Part shown: positions 50,494 through 63,717 of the stretch, in pieces | Numbering within the stretch: the stretch's first letter is position 1 | Layout of the letters: every line of letters begins with the position of its first letter | Assembly: GCA_024137785.1 (NCBI GenBank) | Contig: JAHRHZ010000004.1 | Span: 33,398,344 to 33,462,343, forward strand | DNA from: Ginglymostoma cirratum | Taxonomy: Eukaryota | Length of the DNA stretch: 64,000 bases | Reading direction: 5' to 3' | Made by a program: the position numbers and the translations under genes | Notes under the pieces: model-generated | Told to the model about the DNA's origin: nothing | What the model saw: only the letters and a program-made list of their open reading frames with translations | Databases searched by the model: none

Positions 50494-52762
50494 GTAAATT
50501 TTGAGAATTCTGCTTCATCATTCTTCCTCTTAAATATACAAGTTTATTTGTGCAATGGAGGCAAACGGCAGCTTAGGACTTAAAAATGAAACATCTGAGC
50601 CTACATTGGGTAGGGAGGAGTGTACTGTAATAGAAAGCAAAAGACTCAGCCACATCAATCCTGTCTCTTTCTGATGGATCAAGGCACCTATTAACCCTCC
50701 CGTTGTGTCTTTGCATCCTCAACTCTCTAGTTGACTCCCAATCCCATTGCTACTGCTGCTATTGGTGCCATTCCTGGCATGTTGCTCCACAGGGCTCAAA
50801 ATAAAACCCGTAAGTGCTGCAGAAACTCAGCAAGCCTGGCAGCATCTGTGGAGAGAGAACAGTATTAATATTTCGAGTATAATGACAGTTAATTCAGAAC
50901 AGACACCATAGGGCTGCTGATCCTGGGTTGAAGGATTTTGCCTGATTTCCATTGTACTCGCAACTTCTTAATTTTGGACTTGGAACCATGGGTGAAGGTC
51001 AATGACACAGTTAGCTAGCTGGCTAGAGTGTGGTGTAGAGTTATATTGAAGATACCATTCCAAGCCCTATACCAGCTCTATGCTTGACGTGGAGTAGTGT
51101 CCCTCAAGTTATATAACCACTTGTTTCTCTTTCTCACTTTTTTTTTCTCCCTCCCTCTCTCACACCCATCCTCCCTCTCTCGTTCGCGCCCACCTGCTCG
51201 CGCCCTCCCACTCATGCTCTAACAGAGAGAAGTGAGTATGGTACCCTCAAGGACTATGGCTAATTACCAATACCTTAAATATTTTAACCCTCTACCATGC
51301 CGAGCAAGGTTGTGGAGTATTTAATATCATAAATAAGTATAATATTTGCCCTTTCAAGATTTCAGGATTGTCTGATTTAAAGATATTATTGGTTAAGGGG
51401 AATTTAACAGCACCCCCTTTTCACTGGGGGGTAAATGCAAAATTTTTAGATGGCTAATCCACCACCTTCCTGCCCACCCTCCAAACTTTTCTCCATAATT
51501 CACTCGGCTGCCCACCCTTATACCTATTAAACATTTAACTACCTAATGAAGGGCTTGAATTCTCCTCCACTGCCACAAACTGTTTGGCAGGGGATGGGAA
51601 GGCTGATTTTCCACAAAAGTTGGTGGTAAGTTGTGAAGAAAGAGAGGTGCCTCGTGTGCATTGAGGCATCCCATCATAAGATTGCAACCCCACCTGTGTG
51701 TCTCCCTGCCAGGCTTTGAAAACACACACTGCCACCAATTCCAATAACCTCTCCCCAAAAACGTAAGGTGGAGGATTTTCACCCCCTACCCCATAATCTC
51801 CCAGAACCCTTGGCCGATTGTGTTATGTTAGAATGAGAAAATGTCCATAAATAACCTCTGTACATTTCAACAATCAGGACACTGCGTTAAACAAATGATG
51901 TATTTTTACTCATGATGAGTCTAGTAATGAAAATAGGGATCACTACAGTGAGTAGAGTATTTGAATGATATGCTTGTTGTTTAAGGAACATGCAGAAGAT
52001 TCTTGTTTATTCTGCAGGATCTTTTGTATGTATTTAAATGTATAAAGTCTCATTGGAAAGACCGCATTTCTAACAGGGCAGGACACCCTCATTACTGCTG
52101 CCTCCATGATGTACTGTGATGCTGAAAATGAAGCTTGAACTTTCTAATTGCGAAGTGAGTTATACAAGCCAATGTATGTGCCACTGAGAGACACTGACAT
52201 GTGGTTCATGTTTACCTCTGTACCAAAAAAGATTCATAGACCATGAAGAGGAATGATCCTCTGCTGATTCTTGTTTGAGTGCAAACTTGTGCCTTTCCTT
52301 CAAAGTTCTACATAGTCCAGTGGAGGAAAGACCAGAAGTATCTTTAAGACAAGCTAGATGAAATCTGGTTGCAACTTCTTGTGTGTTTTTGAATGTTAAA
52401 GGAGATTTTCAGTTTTTCAGTCAACCGACAAGATGTCGTGGGTATAATTTGTATTTGTCGCTCAATTTAATTCTAAAAAATAGCCCAATTATATTTATAC
52501 AGCATGCAAAAGACCCCTTGGTCCAACAATTAATGTAAGGGTTGTCCCACACCATTTCTTCTGAACCACTTAAAACAGCTGGTGCCGATTTTCAGATCAC
52601 CTTTTAATTTTGACTTCAGTTTGAAGTTTGGATTTAGATACTGAAAATGCTTGATGTGAGCTGGGTTTTAATTTTAGTTGACAGGTGGTGAGGGATTCTA
52701 GCACAAGACCATTCAGGAGTCAAAGTTGGCAAATTGTGAATCTGGTGCCTGTCTCTTTACAG

Positions 52763-52993
52763 CAATTTTGGAAGCGCCCAGATGGTCAGCAAGCTACCCG
52801 GGAGCATCTCCTGATGGTCCTTGCTGACTTGGACGAGGTCCTCATCCGAGCTACCTACTCGACCGACATGATCTCTGCCAGCCTCTCTGATGTGAGCATG
52901 GAGGTCGCAGTGCCATATTACACCAACTTGGCACAGGCTCTGCAAGTGGAAGAGTGTCGTTGTCCTCCAGCATACCATGGATTGTCCTGCCAG
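52763..52993 (+). CDS. HSPG2: Perlecan exon, end of L4 domain (QFWKRPDGQQATREHLLMVLADLDEVLIRATYS...EECRCPPAYHGLSCQ)
   Basis: ttacag| ... |gtgacc, phase 0/0; close to human FWRRPDGQPATREHLLMALADLDELLIRAT. Confidence 0.97.
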
Positions 52994-54337
52994 GTGACCA
53001 CATCAGTGTTTCTCTGATCTTCTCTCCAAATGCTACTTAATGCAAAGTCAATGACAATAAGCTTCCTTTGTAGTTTGCCTTAAACATATTGCTGCTGTGA
53101 AGCACTTTGAAGTTTTATCAGACATAACCTAAGACTGAAGGACGTGAGGTGTTAGAGAAGGTATGACCGAAAGCTTGGTCAAGGAGGAAGCTTTTAAAAT
53201 GTGTCGCAAAGGAAGAAAGTAGGTTGGAGAGGTTTAGGAAGAAATTTCAGAGCTTCAGCAGCTTAAGGCACAGAGACCAAGAGAGGAGCAATTAAACTCA
53301 GGCTTCTGCAAAAGTCTGGAATTAGAAGACTGCAGATATCTTGAGGATCAGGGGACATTACAAGGATAGAGGGTAGCAAAGAAAGGGATTTGAACAGGAG
53401 GGTCAGGTCCATACATTATTTTTCCTTAGTATTTTCCTTCCATTTTACCTATGTTGAGTTGCCTGTAATCAGGTAAAACAATGTACCATCCATTTTGTAA
53501 CTGAAGCAGTGGGCAATCTGGCCATCCACAGGAGTAAGTTATCTGGGTATCCCAAGTTTTAGGAAGTAGGATTCGGTCACAAAGATCAAAGCTGATGGTC
53601 CCATCCATACTCATCACTAGCATGCTGGCTACTCGGCAGGCAGAGGACGCTCTCACCTCTTCACTGTTCACTGTGACCAATCCTTGGCAATGAACATCCA
53701 CCAGTTATTCAGCCATGAAGTTTGTTGTAGCCAGACCTCACCCAGGCGGCATACACACCCCTGTACCTTCTAACAGGGGTTTTCCGTAGGCCCTTCTATT
53801 GTGAAGGCTGTGTTAATATGAATAAACGTGATACAATAACCAGGCCACTTGCAGGTATTGGTGTATGAGGCAACCTTTGACACCTTAAAATTCCTCCAGA
53901 ATTGGGGGTCAAGTTATATGCTGAGTATTAAAGTGATCCACTGGCGTCTGTGTGGGTTCACTACATGGGATCTGTTCTGTGTCACCATGCCTTAAACTAC
54001 CTTTGAAACATCACCTGTAGCTGCCGCTTCATCCTGTGCCTTCACGTAGAAGACACTGGGAAGTAAAACATTCATTTGTGGAACGACAAATTGAGACTGA
54101 CTGTTAATGTGAGCATTGTTTGAGAGCGGGACGGGTGATGGAATTGACTTATATCCTGAATACGTGCAGAAAACATGATTTTTGACGCTGAGAAAATAGG
54201 GTTGCCTTACACATTAGATTGCATCTTACAAGTCAACATATAGTATTTATTTTAAGCATAGTTCTTTCCCCCAAGTGTGAAGTAGCTTAAAGGCAAAAAA
54301 TGAAAATAAGTAAGAAAGGTAATAATGAATGAAGAGG

Positions 54338-56124
54338 GATAAAACGTTGTGGAGCTGGATGAACACAGCAGGCCGAGCAGCATCACAGGAGCAGGAAAGT
54401 TGACGTTTCGGGTCGAGACCCTTCTTCAGAAATGGGGGAGGGGAAGGGGATTCTGAAATAAATAGGGAGAGAGGGGGAGGTGGATAGAAGATGGATAAAG
54501 GAGAAGATAGGTTGAGAGGAGACAGACAGGTCAAAGAGGCGGGGTTAGAACCAGTGAAGCTGAATGTAGGTGGGGGATAGGTCAGTCCAGGGAGGACGGA
54601 CAGGTCAAGGAGGCGGGTTGAGGTTAGTATGTAGGAGATGGGGGTGGGGCTTGAGGTGGGAGGAATGGTTAGGGAGGTGGGGACCAGCTGGGCTGGTTTT
54701 GGGATGTCCTTGGGGGAGGGGAGATTTTGAAGCTTGTGAAGTCCACATTGATACCCTTGGGTTGCAGGGTTCCCGAGCAAAATATGAGTTGCTGTTCCTG
54801 CAGCTTTCGGGTGGCATCATTGTGGCAATGCAGGAGGCCCAGGATGGACATGTCGTCCGAGGAGTGGGGGGAGGGGGGAGGTATGCGAGTCGAAATGGTT
54901 CGCGACTGGGAGGTGTAGTTGTTTGTTGCGAACTGAGCGTAGTTGTTCCACAAAGCAGTCCCCAAGCCTCCGCTTGGTTTGCCTGATGTAGAGGAGGCCA
55001 CGACGGGTACAGCGGATGCAGTATACCACATTAGCAGATGTGCAGGTGGACATCTGTTTGATGTGGAAGGTCTTCTTGGGGCCTGGGATGGGGGTAAGAG
55101 GGGAGGTGTAGGGGCAGGTGTAGCATTTGCTTTGGTTGCAGGGAAAAGTGCAGGGGTGGTAGGGCTGGAGCGGAGTGTGGAGCGGACAAGGGAGTCAGAG
55201 AGAGTGGTCCCTCCGGAAAGCAGACAAGGGTGGGGAGGGAAAAATGTCTTTAGTAGTGGGGTCAGATTGCAGATGGCGGAAATGTCGGAGGATGATGTGT
55301 TGGATTCGGAGATTGGTGGGGTGGTACATGAGGACGAGAGGGCTTCTGTTTTGGTTATTATAGTGGGTAGGGGGTGTGGGGGATGAGCTGTGGGAAATGC
55401 GGGAGACATAGTCAAGGGCATTTTCGATCACTGTGGAGGGGAAGTTGTGATCCTTGAAAAACAAGGACACCTGGGATGTTCGGGAGTGGAATGCCTCATC
55501 TTGGGCGCAGATGCGGCGGAGGCGAAGGAATTGGGAATAGGGGATGGCCTTTTTACAGGAAGGTGGGTGGGAGGAGATGTATTCTAGGTAGTTGTGGGAT
55601 TCAGTAGGCTTAAAATGGATATCGGGTTCCAGGTGGAGGCCAGAGATGGAGACAGAGGGGTCCAGGAAGGAGAGAGAGGTATTAGAGATGGTCCAGGTGA
55701 ACTTAGAGTTGGGGTGGAAGGTGTTGGTGAGGTGGATGAACTGTTCGAGCTCCTCGTGGGAGCACGAGGCAGTGCCGAAACAGTCATCAATGTAACGGAG
55801 GAAGAGATGGGGGATAGGACCAGCGTAGTTCTGGAAGAGGGATTGTTCCACGTATCCTACAAAGAGGCAGGCATAGCTTGGGCCCATGCGGGTATCCATG
55901 GCCACCACCTTTGTCTGTAGGAAGTGGGAGGAATTGAAAGAGAAGTTGTTGAGTTCAGCTAAGCGGATGAGGGTGTCAGTGGAGGGGGACTGGTCGGGCC
56001 TGCGGGACAGGAAGAAGCGGAGGGCCTTTAGGTCATCAGCATGGGCGGGACAGGAAGAAGCAGAGGGCCTTTAGGTCATCAGCATGGGAATGGGACAGGA
56101 AGAAGCGGAGGGCCTTCAGCCATC
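54338..56124 (-). mobile_element. 5'-truncated Penelope-like retroelement (RT C-terminus, GIY-YIG endonuclease, terminal region), frameshifted
   Basis: ORF 55195-55908 has MGPSYACLF...RYIDD; ORF 54817-55053 has NVVYCIRC...LLYIRQTKRRLGDCFVEQ (GIY-YIG); 15-bp TSD TAATGAATGAAGAGG (54323-54337 and 56125-56139). Confidence 0.92.
54401..54430 (-). ncRNA. Minimal hammerhead ribozyme motif in the Penelope terminal repeat
   Basis: Minus strand reads CUGAAGA-A-GGG-UCUCGA-CCC-GAAAC-GUC-A. Confidence 0.65.
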
Positions 56125-56617
56125 TAATGAATGAAGAGGATTTTTTTTCCTGTCACAAGTTATGATGATCAGGGAGGCACGGTCTGGGAAGATACTGGAA
56201 GCAGATTCAGCAGTAACTTTCGAAGGAGAAGGGGTGAATACTAGAATCGGAACAATTCGCAGGGCCATAAGGGACAAAGGATGAAAGTGGAGTCATTTGT
56301 ATATTTCCTCCAAAGAGTCAGTGGGATGAATGACCATCTCCTGTGGTATAAGATTCTGTAAACCATTTAAAGACTTCTGCACATCAGCACCTAACAGACC
56401 ATTGGTTTGTGAATGTTGGATCCAGGATTGTTACTATTGTGAATCTGACCAAGGTGTTTGAGGAGACCGGGAAGCCATGTGCATCCCTCCTGTCAGAATC
56501 AGAATTTTTGGTTTTTGCTTAGTTAGCAAAACACAAGCTCCAGAGCAATGAAGAAGACAATTGAATAAATGACTATTGTACTGAATCTCTCTTCCTGCTG
56601 TCCTGTTTCTCTCCTAG

Positions 56618-56731
56618 GACTGTGCTCCTGGTTACACCAGGACTGGAGGAGGTCTCTATCTCGGAGATTGCAAATTATGTGAATGTAATGGACACTCTGA
56701 CTCCTGCCACCCAGAGAATGGTGTTTGCTCG
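56618..56731 (+). CDS. HSPG2: Perlecan exon (DCAPGYTRTGGGLYLGDCKLCECNGHSDSCHPENGVCS)
   Basis: cctag| ... |gtattg, phase 0/0. Confidence 0.96.
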
Positions 56732-58409
56732 GTATTGGTTTCATTATTCATTTCAATGTATTAATAATTTAGCGCAAAGTAAGCTGCATCAAAACCTCTC
56801 CCTTCAATAATGTCCTTGGATATCTCAGCCCACTGTTTACTGAAAATGTCAACAAGTCTTTATTCAACAAACGGGTAATTTACTGCTGCTGTGAAAAAGT
56901 GTGTAGAACATAAAAGGCGGCTGTTCTCTCAGTGAAAATTTTGATGCCTGCGCCACATTCACTGTAAAGTATTGATGTTTCAAAGTGTTCTCTCAATCAT
57001 AGGAGTCTTGACACTCCTCTGCAGTTCAGCTTATTTCAGACAGTAAGTTGTTATGCGTGCGAGACCAAGATAGCTCTGAGTTTGATCCCCACTGTGTGCT
57101 GATCAGTACTGGTAAGGAGCCCTGCTAGAAAGGGAATGTTTCCATTCCTGAAATACACTGCCCAATTAACTGGATTAGTGAAGAGCACCTGTTGTCAGTA
57201 TGTAGTAATATTGTCATAATAATAATGTGTGAAATTATGGAAGGTTTGCTACATTAAACGAGGAACAACGGTTTCCGCTGGAAAGAGGGTCAGTAAACAA
57301 AAGCACAGATTTAAGATAATTAGGATCAGAGAGGAAATTTCCTTTTGCTTTTAAAGATAGTGAGTTATTATAATCTTTAAACTGCTGGAAGCAGGTTCAG
57401 TAATAGTTTTCAAAAATGAATTGGATAAATACTTGAAAAGGGAAAAAAATTTAAAGGCTACAGGGAAAGACCAGGGAGAAGAAGAGCCAGGTAGCTATCA
57501 TGGCTCTCGTGCAGAACTGGCAGAAACACAGAGTCCGATGTGTGTGCTGTGTGATTTATTAAACTGTACCAGTGAAACACGTCACTGTAAAAGTAAAGGG
57601 GATGAAGAAAGATGCTGAAGGGTTTGTGACTATAATGTTAGAGACAAATTCCTAGCTACCATCTATGTTTGTGTGCCACACGCTCAGTGAGCTGAAGCCC
57701 AGCGTATTTGAGGTGAATCTAATGCAGCTGCTTCACTTACTCTGCAACATCACGCGATTCGCTTCTATAGCATAGCTTTCCCAGCCCATCCCAGGTCTCT
57801 GCCTTCTTCCCATGAACGTAACAGCTGTAGAGATTAAATCCAGCACTTTTCCCTGGGGAAATGGGATTATATTCACTGATGCAGGAAGCAAATATATTGG
57901 CAGTACTTGGTGTTAGTGAAGAAACAGAACTATATCAAAATCTCTATTTCAGTTGGAAAAGTGCATTGAATCTCTAAAGTAGAGACAATACAAATGAAGT
58001 ATGATCTTGATTATCTTCAGGCGAATCTTCCTTCTGCATGTTTTGTAAACATAGAAGTTAAATGTTGAAATTGTTTGATCGTTTCCAACTCATTTCTTTT
58101 TTGCTGTTTTTAATATTGATGTGTGAGAACCTGCATTTTTGAAGAAAGCTGTTTTATATATTCTTTTTATTTGTTTACCCTGGAAGGCAGAGTCAAAGCA
58201 CAAATTACTTTGGCAAAGAGGCCCACCCAGTAATGGGCTATGTGTGCAGGGCCCCAGCAACAGGGGCTGCCATCCACTTCACATCAGGCAGGGTATGTCA
58301 ACTGTGGAGAAACTCCCAAACGTACAGCTGCAGATTTGTCTTACCCAATGCAGGACACTTCCATCGGAAAACTTCCTTGAGGCTAAAAATACTGTGGCGA
58401 ATAACTCAC

Positions 58410-58955
58410 CAACTCCCCAAAGTTTATCCACCATCTACAAGACACAAGTCAGGAGTGTGATGGAATATTCCCCACTTGCCTGGATGAGTGCAGCCCCAAC
58501 AGCATTCAGGAAACTTGACGCCATCCAGGACAAAGCAGCCGCTTGATTGGCACCACATCCACAAACACTCACTCCCTCCGTCACCGATGCTCAGTAGCAG
58601 CAGTGTGTACTATCTACAAGATGCACTGCGGACATTCATCAAAGATCCCTAGACAGCAACTTCCAACTCCTTGACCACTTCTATCTAGAAGGTCAAGGGC
58701 AGCAGATACATGGGAACACCACCACCTATAAGTTCCCCTCCAAACCACTTGGAAATATATCACCATTCCTCCACTGCCACTCGGCCAAAATCCTGGAATT
58801 CCCTTCGTAACAGCATTGTAGATCAATCCACAACAGGTGGACTGCAGTGGCTCAAGAAGGCAGCTCACCACTACGTTTTCAAGGGTAACTAGGGATTGGC
58901 GATAAATGCTGGCCAGCTAACAATGCCCACATCCCACGAATAAATAAGAAAAAAC
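58410..58955 (+). mobile_element. LINE 3' fragment (CR1/L2-group RT C-terminus and 3'UTR); antisense copies at about 36010-36240, 49930-50140 and 62360-62560
   Basis: PQSLSTIYKTQVRSVMEYSPLAWMSAAPTAFRKLDAIQDKAAA; A-rich 3' end. Confidence 0.8.
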
Positions 58956-59214
58956 ATTTGGAACTACATTACCAAAGCAGAACAGCAGACCTTGATGCCA
59001 ACAATAAGGCTAACACTCGGAGACGTTATTGGGGCTGAGTGAAAGCAGAATTTATTTATACTATATTTGAATTTATTTTCCTGTAACTTCAAGTGGTTAA
59101 TAATGCACTATCCCTTGTTCTGAATTTCTTCTACAGCCGTGGGATTGGGCATCACTGGTGACACCATATTTACCAACCATTCCTAATTGAGAAAGTGGTG
59201 GTGAACTGCCTTAG

Positions 59215-59740
59215 CACATAAGAAATAGGAGCAGGAGAAGGCCATTCAGTCTTTCAAACCTGGTCAGTCGTTCTCGAAAATCATGCTGATTGTCAACTCC
59301 AGTGTCATTTTCCTGCATTATCCCTGTATTCCTTGATGGTTTTAATATGTACAAACCTAGCATTTCTGTCTTACACATGCTCAACGACTAAGTCTCCCAG
59401 GCCCGTGGGGCAGAGAATTCCAAAACATCAGTACCCCACACGTGAAGAAATTCCTCTTCACTTCAATACTAACAGACTTGTTCCTTAATAAGAGACTCTG
59501 TCCCTGGTTCTAGACGGGGGGGGCGCCCCGGGCGGCCCCCGGCGGAGGTCTCTGGGGGAAAAGTCAGATATAACATTGAGTCCTGTAAGAATTCTGTATG
59601 CTGCAATGAAATTTCCTCTCGCTTTTAAACTTGAGCAAATATGCACCCAGTCTCCTCCTAGGACAATCCTAGCAACCTAAAGATTAGCTCAGTGACCTTC
59701 ATACCCTTCCCTATGGTAAATGTATATTTCTGCTAAAAGA
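59215..59740 (-). mobile_element. Degenerate CR1-type LINE 3' fragment
   Basis: cataagaaataggagcaggagaaggccattcag tail on the minus strand. Confidence 0.6.
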
Positions 59741-59991
59741 TCCTTATTGATAACGCTGGTAGTTTGTTATTGCCTCAGAATCAATTTACAACTGGTGGTG
59801 GGAAGAAGCTGAGATGATGAGTTAAGTGCAGCACCTACGAAGTATGTAGCTACATGAAGTGAGTTAAGCGGAGATTTTCTTTCATATGGATCTTGATATT
59901 AATATATTAACACTCATCACAAACCCTAGTGCAGAAAGTCTTGAACTGCAGCAAGTTTTTTTTTCTAAAATATATGAAATCTCTTAAACAG

Positions 59992-60119
59992 AACTGTTTA
60001 CATAACACTGCTGGGGAGTTCTGTGATCAGTGCGCCCCTGGATATTACGGAGATGCCACTGTGGGTACACCAGAGGACTGCCAACCTTGTGCCTGTCCAC
60101 TGACAAACCAAGAGAACCA
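59992..60119 (+). CDS. HSPG2: Perlecan exon ([42 protein letters not shown])
   Basis: aaacag| ... |gtaagt, phase 0/2. Confidence 0.96.
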
Positions 60120-60771
60120 GTAAGTTGCCAACTTCGTAAAACTATTGATGCATTGTGTTGCTGTCAGAAATTTAGAGCTCCAAATTTATGTGCTATATAT
60201 AACAATGTTCATGGGGCTTTTTGTGAAATTTTGAGTGTTAAGTTGGAGCTGTTTTAATTGTATCTCAGTGATTGCCACAGGGTCCTGAATTTCTGACCTC
60301 AGCTCTGTCATTGTGATGAGATTTGTAGGGCTTGGAAGAGAGCTGCAGTATTAAATAACGGTTCCTGTTTTCCTGCAAATGTTCTGCACCTGTTGACTGT
60401 TGGCAGATTTCTGTCAATATGGATACAGCAGCTGTAGAAACGTTTGAGGGTCACTAGTGGACAATGTTGGAGGAACGGGGGTGGGGCTGCATGATGGTTG
60501 CTGGGGTAGGTGCCTGGGTAGGGCACTGTGGTGGGCAATGGCAATGGGTCAACGCTGAAGGATGGTGCCCAAGGGTCACTGGGCTGGCAAGCAATGTGCA
60601 GTCACCCTCTTAGCTGCTGGTTATTAATGCTTACAATAACACTGTTAAGCACATACAGCTGTACCCATATGGATTGTTAGTTATAAGTTGTTTTTACATC
60701 TGATTGTGTGTGTCATGGACATTGTAACTCGAAACCTTTCATGTTGTGCTCCACTTTCTGTCTTCTACAAG

Positions 60772-60858
60772 GTTTTCTCCCATCTGTGAAAGTAGCGGAG
60801 TTGGTGGGTACAGGTGTACAGCATGCCTCCCTGGCTACACAGGCCAGTACTGTGAGCG
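60772..60858 (+). CDS. HSPG2: Perlecan exon (QFSPICESSGVGGYRCTACLPGYTGQYCER)
   Basis: tacaag| (AAG acceptor) ... |gtaagt, phase 2/2. Confidence 0.95.
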
Positions 60859-61463
60859 GTAAGTGGATCTGATCAATTACTATTTGAGGAACCCTAGTAA
60901 TGAAGTAGAAATTAGCACAACATTTCTATAAAATCATCTGTCTACCTCCTGGATCAAAAGGGCTGATATTCTTCATCTTTGTCTCGAAGAAGTGTTAGCT
61001 CCTGAGTGAAGACGTGCACCCTATTCTCGCCCCAAGTCTCTGACCACTTCATGTTGTCCTAGGAAATCATTACCCCGTACACATTTCTTCATTCCCCTGG
61101 CCTGGGGTGTGGAGGGGTGGGGGTGTCAAGGAGGAGGAACCAAGGTGCAAGCCCAGAAATGGTATGCTGATGAGCTGGGCTGGGCTGGGCTATGTTATCA
61201 GTCTGTATGCCTCAGCTTGTAATCATTTGCCTGTGGGGTGTCCAGGCTCTGGGCACAAGTCACCGAACCAGCTGTCCTCCAGTTGAAGGATTTCAGAAAG
61301 ATGAATTAAGAGGTGCATTGACACTTACGGATGTTTAACTCTGAAGTTAACTGTGCCTGAGTTTGGTGTAATATATCCTACTGGATGATGCACCACCCAG
61401 TGAACATTGGCACTCAACTTGTTATTTTCTGTCTGATGGTAACCTTATTGACTTTGTTTTCAG

Positions 61464-61522
61464 CTGTGCCCCAGGGTATTCTGGCAATCCAAGAATTGCA
61501 GGACAGAAGTGTCATCCAGTAG
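61464..61522 (+). CDS. HSPG2: Perlecan exon, end of domain III (RCAPGYSGNPRIAGQKCHPV)
   Basis: tttcag| ... |gtatgt, phase 2/1. Confidence 0.94.
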
Positions 61523-62125
61523 GTATGTCGGCAGTAAGCCCTAGGAGATGAAGGGGTTGAGTTGTCTGTTTTCATGCTATCTATATGAAATTGTTGGGCA
61601 CAGTGAATATACAGGGGATCTGTAGACTGACCCTTTGCTTTCAGAATCTTTTTTGCAAACCAAACCCTACAAAGGATGTAGACTTATATTTATCAAAGTC
61701 AGTCACAAGTTGAGGGTGTGCCTCCTAAACCACTTGGAAGTCTTCACATTCAAATTCACCATTTACACCTGGCCCACCCTGGACCAACTTCCACTTCAGA
61801 TTTCTCTCTGCAACTCCAGAATCTCCATATTAGGAAAACATCTTGTTCCTTCACTCGCTGTGAAGAATGCACCCACAATTAATTAATTGTCGGCCCCTTG
61901 GAAATAGGAAGCCCACCTGCTCATTTTATTCTCGTTTTTTAGCCAGACTGCAGGTCCTTGCTTCTGACTTTCCCATTCTCATACACCCAGCGTACAGGTC
62001 CTGGCAGTTATCACCATTTCCAAGCAGTAAAATGCAATAACTCTTGCCATTCTGGCTATATTCTACTATCCAACATGTCCCAACAGCTTGATGGACATTT
62101 TAACATTCACATCACACAATCATGC

Positions 62126-62222
62126 ATTTCTGATGAAGGGTCTAGGCCCGAAATGTCAAGCTTTCCTGCTCCTATGATGCTGCTTGGCCTGCTGTGTTCA
62201 TCCAGCTCCACACCTTGTTATC
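62126..62222 (+). mobile_element. Penelope terminal fragment with hammerhead core (CTGATGA...GAAA-T-GTC, 62130-62157)
   Basis: Sense copy of the 54338 element end. Confidence 0.7.
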
Positions 62223-62837
62223 CATGATTCCTTTTGGTTTTCTTTAATCCCTTAGTGTGTCTGAGTTCCATCGCTGTGTAGAGCTGCATCGTTCCCCATC
62301 CTTCCTACCATTCATCATGAATTAATACACTGACCATCTACCTACCTGTCCATACATTCATCTCCCCACATCCCTAGGTGATAACTGTCCTGGGTTTTGG
62401 AGGGTGCTGTTTAATAAACCTTGCTGAGTTGTTGCTGTGCATCTCGAAAGTGATACATCCTGCTGCCATTGTGCACTGGTGATGGATAGAGTGAATTTTG
62501 AAGCAAACATGCAGGATTCTTTGTCCTGGATGCTGTTAAGCTTGTTAAATATCCTTACTGATGGAGTTAAGCTGGGAGCTTCCATTAACTCATGATGGGT
62601 CACAAGTTGAGATCCAGCAATTTGAACTCTCCTGCTCTCCCTGGGGATTCAGCAGCAGTGTGTGGGTGTGAAGATGGAACATGATGTGGTAAGAAACCTT
62701 TAGGTAGTTCACTACACTTCTCTCTGCTGCACGTTGGGCACTCCTGTCTTTCACATTTGGATCGTGTGGTCCAATTGTTAATCATAGTGTGTAACAAAAA
62801 TATTAGTAGATTCAGCACAATGCTTTTAAAAAGCAGT

Positions 62838-63069
62838 GATAGTAAGAACTATTGATGCTGGAATCAGAGATATCACCATGTGGAGCTGGAAGAGCACAGC
62901 AGGCCAGACAGCATCAGAGGAGCGGGAAAGGTGACGTTTTGGGTCGGCACCCTTCTTCAGAAAAGAAACACCTGGAGAAGGGTTCTGACCCGAAACGTCA
63001 ACTTTCCTACTCCTCTGATGCTGGCAGACCTGCTGTGTTCATCCAGCTCCACACTGAGTTATCTATTAT
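62838..63069. mobile_element. Palindromic non-autonomous Penelope-end element
   Basis: Inverted arms at about 62867-62960 and 62973-63064; 14-bp TSD TTTTAAAAAGCAGT (62824-62837 and 63070-63083). Confidence 0.75.
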
Positions 63070-63319
63070 TTTTAAAAAGCAGTATGTTATAGGAGAATGA
63101 CTGAGTACAATCAAAATATCATCAGGGCTTGAGTGGAATTTCCTTGGATTAACTGCCAAGCTATGGGTTAAGTAAAGGCAACGGAAGTATATTGGGAAAA
63201 AAAATGCATGCTTACATCAGTTGGATTTGACCCTGGTCTTGTTTTAGGTGGATAAAGCATATATCCTGTGAGATAAAGTTCAATATTATGAATGTAACTA
63301 AATTTACTGTCTTCCTTAG

Positions 63320-63484
63320 ATCGCAATCCCTTTTTGGTTACTGTTATCCCTCAGAGAGCAACGGTGGAACAAGGCAGCACTGTGATACTGAAATGCCAGG
63401 TTATTGGTCAGGCTCCATTTTACCACTACTGGAGCAGAGCTGATGGTCAACCCTTATCCAACCGTGTTCAGCAGAGGCAACAAG
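63320..63484 (+). CDS. HSPG2: Perlecan exon, first half of the first domain-IV Ig repeat (DRNPFLVTVIPQRATVEQGSTVILKCQVIGQAPFYHYWSRADGQPLSNRVQQRQQG)
   Basis: ccttag| ... |gtacca, phase 1/1; Ig C...W pattern; cf. human LRCQVSGSPPHYFYWSREDG. Confidence 0.95.
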
Positions 63485-63717
63485 GTACCAATGCATTGAG
63501 AATAATCCTGCAACTTGCTCACTGTTTAAAACTGGGTTTGCTGTCTATACTTGCATTGAAAGTACATTTTCTGTTCTCAATTCTTTTTGTTGAATTACCC
63601 GGCAGTGCATGTATGGGGGTCTTCGCTGCTCTGTGGAAGGTCAGTAATTAGTTAACATTTTATACTGTGTCTAAAGGCACTCCGAATTCACCATCATTAT
63701 CATGCTGTATCCTGATT

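Noticed and set aside
54247-56074. Multiple overlapping ORFs of 60-250 aa on both strands
   Set aside because: All explained by the frameshifted Penelope element and its antisense frames.
59515-59546. Pure G/C patch (ggggggggcgccccgggcggcccccggcgg) in AT-rich DNA
   Set aside because: Too short for a CpG island, sits inside a decayed CR1, and is possibly a sequencing or assembly artefact.
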